Source: an uncultured Pseudomonadota bacterium
GTDB taxonomy: Bacteria > Oederibacteriota > Muellerivitia > Muellerivitales > Muellerivitaceae
Reading direction: 5' to 3'
Length of the DNA: 64,000 nucleotides
NCBI GenBank assembly: GCA_963770835.1
Contig: CAVYRH010000019.1
Location: 256,001 to 320,000 of the forward strand
Shown here: positions 62,149-64,000 of the stretch, one piece after another
How the letters are laid out: each line of letters starts with the position of its first letter
Position numbering within the stretch: position 1 is the first letter of the stretch
The notes under the pieces: model-generated
Database searches by the model: none
What the model saw: the letters and a program-made list of their open reading frames with translations, nothing else
What the model was told of the DNA's origin: nothing
Position numbers and translations under genes: made by a program

Positions 62149-64000
62149 ATGAAAAAATTACCCCTGGTCTTCATAACCGACCGTCCGCCCCTCCACAAGC
62201 GCCAGTTGCTGAGCATCCTTGTGCGCGGCGTGGTGCAGGGCGTGGGCTTCCGCCCCTTCGTGTACCGCCTGGCGAAGGAACTGAGCCTGACCGGCTATGT
62301 CCTGAACGGCCCCCAGGGCGTGGAAATCGAGGCCGAGGGCAACATCCGGGCCCTGAGGGAATTTTTAAAGCTCCTCAAGTCCGACAAGCCTCCCCTGGCG
62401 ATGCTGGAAAGCGTGGATTCCCACCTGATGCCCCCCAAGGGTTACCGGGATTTCCGCATCCAGGAAAGCAGCGAAAAAGGCGCCAAAACTGTCCTCATCC
62501 TGCCCGACGTGGCCATCTGCCCGGACTGCCTCTCTGACATACTGGACCCCCAAAACCGCCGTTACCTCTACCCCTTCACCAACTGCACCAATTGCGGGCC
62601 CCGTTTTTCCATCATCGAAAGGCTTCCCTACGACCGGCTCCACACCACCATGAGGCGTTTCATGATGTGCCCCGAGTGCCGGAGGGAATACATGGACCCG
62701 GCCAACCGCCGCTTCCACGCCCAGCCCAACGCCTGCCCCCTCTGCGGACCCCAACTGGAGTTTTGGGACGGGGCGGGGAAGGTGCTATCCGTCCGCCAGG
62801 CGGCGCTGGAGCAGGCCGTGAAGGCCTTGAAATGGGGCGGCATCGTGGCCCTGAAGGGCCTGGGGGGCTTCCAACTCCTCTGCGACGCGCGCAACGAAAA
62901 AGCGGTCGCCGAACTTCGCGCCCGCAAAAGGCGCGAGGCCAAGCCCCTTGCCGTCATGTTCCCCGGTCTGCTGGCGCTCCAAGCCGCCTGCCTGGTGAGC
63001 CAGGCGGAGGAAAAACTTCTTACCTCTCCCGAGGCTCCCATTGTTCTTTTAAAAAGGAAACCCCTCGATATCACCTTAGCTGCTTCGGTGGCACCGGGAA
63101 ACCTCCAGTTGGGCGCTTTCCTTCCCTATACACCGCTCCACTTCATTCTCATGGATAAACTGGGAATCCCCGTGGTGGCCACCAGCGGCAACCTTTCCGA
63201 CGAACCCATCTGCACCGACGGGGCCGAAGCACTGGAGCGCCTGAGGGGCATCGCGGATTTCTTCCTCACCCACAACCGGCCCGTCGCGCGGCCCATGGAT
63301 GATTCGGTAGCCCGGGTGGTCTCGGGCGAGGTGCAGGTGATCCGCCGGGCCCGGGGTTACGCCCCCCTGCCCGTGCACCTGGCCTCGGGCGGCCCCACCG
63401 TGCTGGCCCTGGGCGGTTACTTGAAGAACACCGTGGCCCTGGCCAAGGAAGGCCGGGTATTCGTGAGCCAGCACCTGGGCGACCTGGGGACTGTGGCTTC
63501 GCTGGAGGCTTTCGAGAAATCCCTCACCGACCTGCCCCGGCTTTATGAGGCGGCGCCGGAAGCCGTGGCCTGCGACCTGCACCCCGACTACCCTTCCACC
63601 CGCCGCGCGCAGGAAATGAACCTGCCGGTGATTTTCGTCCAGCACCACGTGGCCCACGTTTTTTCCGTCCTGGCCGAGAACCACCTGGAAGGCCCCGTCT
63701 TGGGGGTCGCCTGGGACGGCACGGGCTGGGGCACCGACCACACCATCTGGGGCGGCGAATTTTTCACCGTGGACAAGGAATGCGTCCAGCGCTTCGCCCA
63801 CCTGCGGCCTTTCCCCCTGGTCGGAGGCGACAAGGCGGCAAAGGAATCCCGCCGTCCGGCCCTGGGGATTCTCTATGAGCTCTACCGGGAAACGGCTTTT
63901 GGCTTGGACTTCCCCACTGTCGGGGCCTTCGTTCCGCAGGAGCTTTCGGTGTTGGGGAAGATGCTTTCTTTCCCGGAACGCACGATGACTTCCAGCATGG
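62149..64000 (+). CDS. hypF: Carbamoyltransferase HypF; 3'-partial
   Basis: Translated by hand: GVVQGVGFRPFVY, CPDC, NCTNCGPRF, LKGLGGF, ATSGN, CDLHPDY, QHHVAH, TSSM at the window end. Confidence 0.95.
   Translation, partial: MKKLPLVFITDRPPLHKRQLLSILVRGVVQGVGFRPFVYRLAKELSLTGYVLNGPQGVEIEAEGNIRALREFLKLLKSDKPPLAMLESVDSHLMPPKGYRDFRIQESSEKGAKTVLILPDVAICPDCLSDILDPQNRRYLYPFTNCTNCGPRFSIIERLPYDRLHTTMRRFMMCPECRREYMDPANRRFHAQPNACPLCGPQLEFWDGAGKVLSVRQAALEQAVKALKWGGIVALKGLGGFQLLCDARNEKAVAELRARKRREAKPLAVMFPGLLALQAACLVSQAEEKLLTSPEAPIVLLKRKPLDITLAASVAPGNLQLGAFLPYTPLHFILMDKLGIPVVATSGNLSDEPICTDGAEALERLRGIADFFLTHNRPVARPMDDSVARVVSGEVQVIRRARGYAPLPVHLASGGPTVLALGGYLKNTVALAKEGRVFVSQHLGDLGTVASLEAFEKSLTDLPRLYEAAPEAVACDLHPDYPSTRRAQEMNLPVIFVQHHVAHVFSVLAENHLEGPVLGVAWDGTGWGTDHTIWGGEFFTVDKECVQRFAHLRPFPLVGGDKAAKESRRPALGILYELYRETAFGLDFPTVGAFVPQELSVLGKMLSFPERTMTSSM

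Overview
Chromosomal window of a GC-rich diderm bacterium, probably an uncultured lineage. The Pro/Thr-linker secreted proteins with FlgD-like C-termini recall candidate phylum FCPU426, but this is an inference. From left to right it holds: a partial GH5-CBM-PT-linker glycanase; an envelope cluster (ino1, pgsA-like, lptB, lptA, lptC, kdsC, kdsD, Zn-ribbon gene); a siroheme sulfite/nitrite reductase; two tandem LtaS/sulfatase-fold membrane enzymes; a GH35 beta-galactosidase; a cold-shock gene; a xylose cluster (xylA, lacI-type regulator, sugar SBP, frameshifted SMI1/KNR4, xylB); a three-gene outer-membrane beta-barrel operon; two toxin-antitoxin pairs; recQ; an orphan membrane-anchored ParB-like protein with a 21-bp palindrome inside its own gene and a degenerate copy of its 3' end nearby; an NYN RNase gene preceded by a ~240-nt highly structured non-coding region; a giant PT-repeat surface protein; an FKBP; an OppA-like SBP; a REC-GGDEF protein; and a hoxEFUYH-pgk-hoxW-hypA-hypF hydrogenase cluster. 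Intergenic DNA is rich in palindromic repeats, several wrapped in shared IS-like terminal inverted repeats. No tRNA, rRNA, CRISPR array or transposase was recognised.
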